This document shows, one piece after another, positions 62,961 to 64,000 of a stretch of 64,000 nt of DNA. Location of the stretch: contig OZ287760.1 in the NCBI GenBank assembly GCA_965649765.1, positions 868,001 through 932,000 of the forward strand. Reading direction: 5' to 3'. The notes beneath the pieces were generated by a model. The model was not told the DNA's origin. It saw only the letters and a program-made list of their open reading frames with translations, and ran no database searches. Position numbers and translations under genes: made by a program. The number at the start of each line of letters is the position of its first letter. The stretch's first letter is position 1. Source of the stretch: Bispira polyomma (lineage: Eukaryota).

Positions 62961-64000
62961 TTTAAATATAAGACCCAATGGGTATATTTTCGAATACACT
63001 TTTACAGTAGTCTTTAAGCAAAATTACAGTGTTTTGAGTTTAAGGACACTCCAATGACCCTGAAATTGCTAACAAATGGCTGATGGAATAGATATGTAAA
63101 AAACAAATAGCTATATAAACCTCTTAGTAAACTTCTTTGGTACTTCTTTATTGTAGGTACCTAGATGTCTTGGAGACGATGTTAAAAAAAAAAAAAAAAA
63201 AAAGTCTCCCAAGGTCATAGAGAATGACAGCCACGTATATTACTGGTAAGGACACTGGGTTGAAGGTAGACTAAACGTCCACTAAATAAAACTGTTTACT
63301 GCAACCTATGGTTGTGTATTATCCCAGAGGGTACCTCCCAAGTTTACACAGACATGCTGAAGAGAGACTTGTTTTTGTTCTTTTGGCAAAATAATGCTGA
63401 ACACAAGAATACCTCAACGGGGTGAATATTCTTGGAACCCCAGCCAAATTATTCATGTTATAAAGACGTGTGTTCACTAGAGGTATGCTGCACAATTCAC
63501 CAGTATCCTAATGGGTCTGAGAAAAAAGGTGTTTCACTTTCAGTGATTGTATTACTGTACTTAATCTTGTAGACTTTTAACTGAATTCTAATTCAAAATG
63601 CTTCAGCATTTTTAGCCAGACGTTTGTGCATACGCAAGCGTTGGTTTTCCTTATTGAAGTTCTGGAATCTTGGGTAGGAACAAGTAAACCTTGGAACCGG
63701 TAGGAATCTATGGTCTGAAATTTGCATCGATTCTAGAGTTGGGCTTCTTCTGCTCCGAGATTTTTTTTGAAATCGATTGTGAAAAGGGAAATATTTTATC
63801 TTGGAAGTTTTTTTTGAATTTGTGGCCATGTTTACCGTGAAATCGATTGGGATTAGCGCCTCGCTTTGGAAACAAAGTTCTAGAGTCCACATTTACAAAA
63901 TAATAGTATCCAAAATAATTCGAAACAACCACAAGAACGGAAATCTCACCGAGTTTACCGAAGTATGTTTCTAGCATATTCTACTGTGAACCATATTCTA

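Overview
AT-rich eukaryotic (animal) genomic DNA, not prokaryotic: I see no operons, rRNA, real tRNA genes or CRISPR arrays. The repeat landscape (V-domain-like tRNA SINEs, Helentron-type HINEs with ~147-bp core repeats, many MITEs) suggests a lophotrochozoan such as a mollusc; this is inference. One credible protein-coding gene is present on the + strand. Two coding exons (30145-30273 and 33412-34575) join through a canonical phase-0 GT-AG intron to give a ~430-aa low-complexity orphan protein: hydrophobic N-terminus, Arg-rich segment, ~80-aa Pro-Val/Ala repeat, Ser/Pro-rich region, PKKRKR NLS-like motif and short helical C-terminus. Several weaker exon candidates lie upstream and may form a long 5' leader. 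The rest is transposon debris and minisatellites. It includes two oppositely oriented Mutator-like elements with 9-bp TSDs, a 5-kb TIR element holding L2/CR1 and Helitron fragments, two HINEs, hAT/piggyBac/Harbinger/pogo/Tc1-type MITEs (one triple-nested), and decayed Tx1/L1 LINEs (one tandemly duplicated). The most unusual pattern is three independent minisatellite arrays derived from parts of the same SINE family: two amplify the 5' junction plus Pol III A-box, one amplifies the 3' tail. Most ORFs in the supplied track are artefacts of repeats. All calls are from reading by eye; boundaries without a TSD are approximate.
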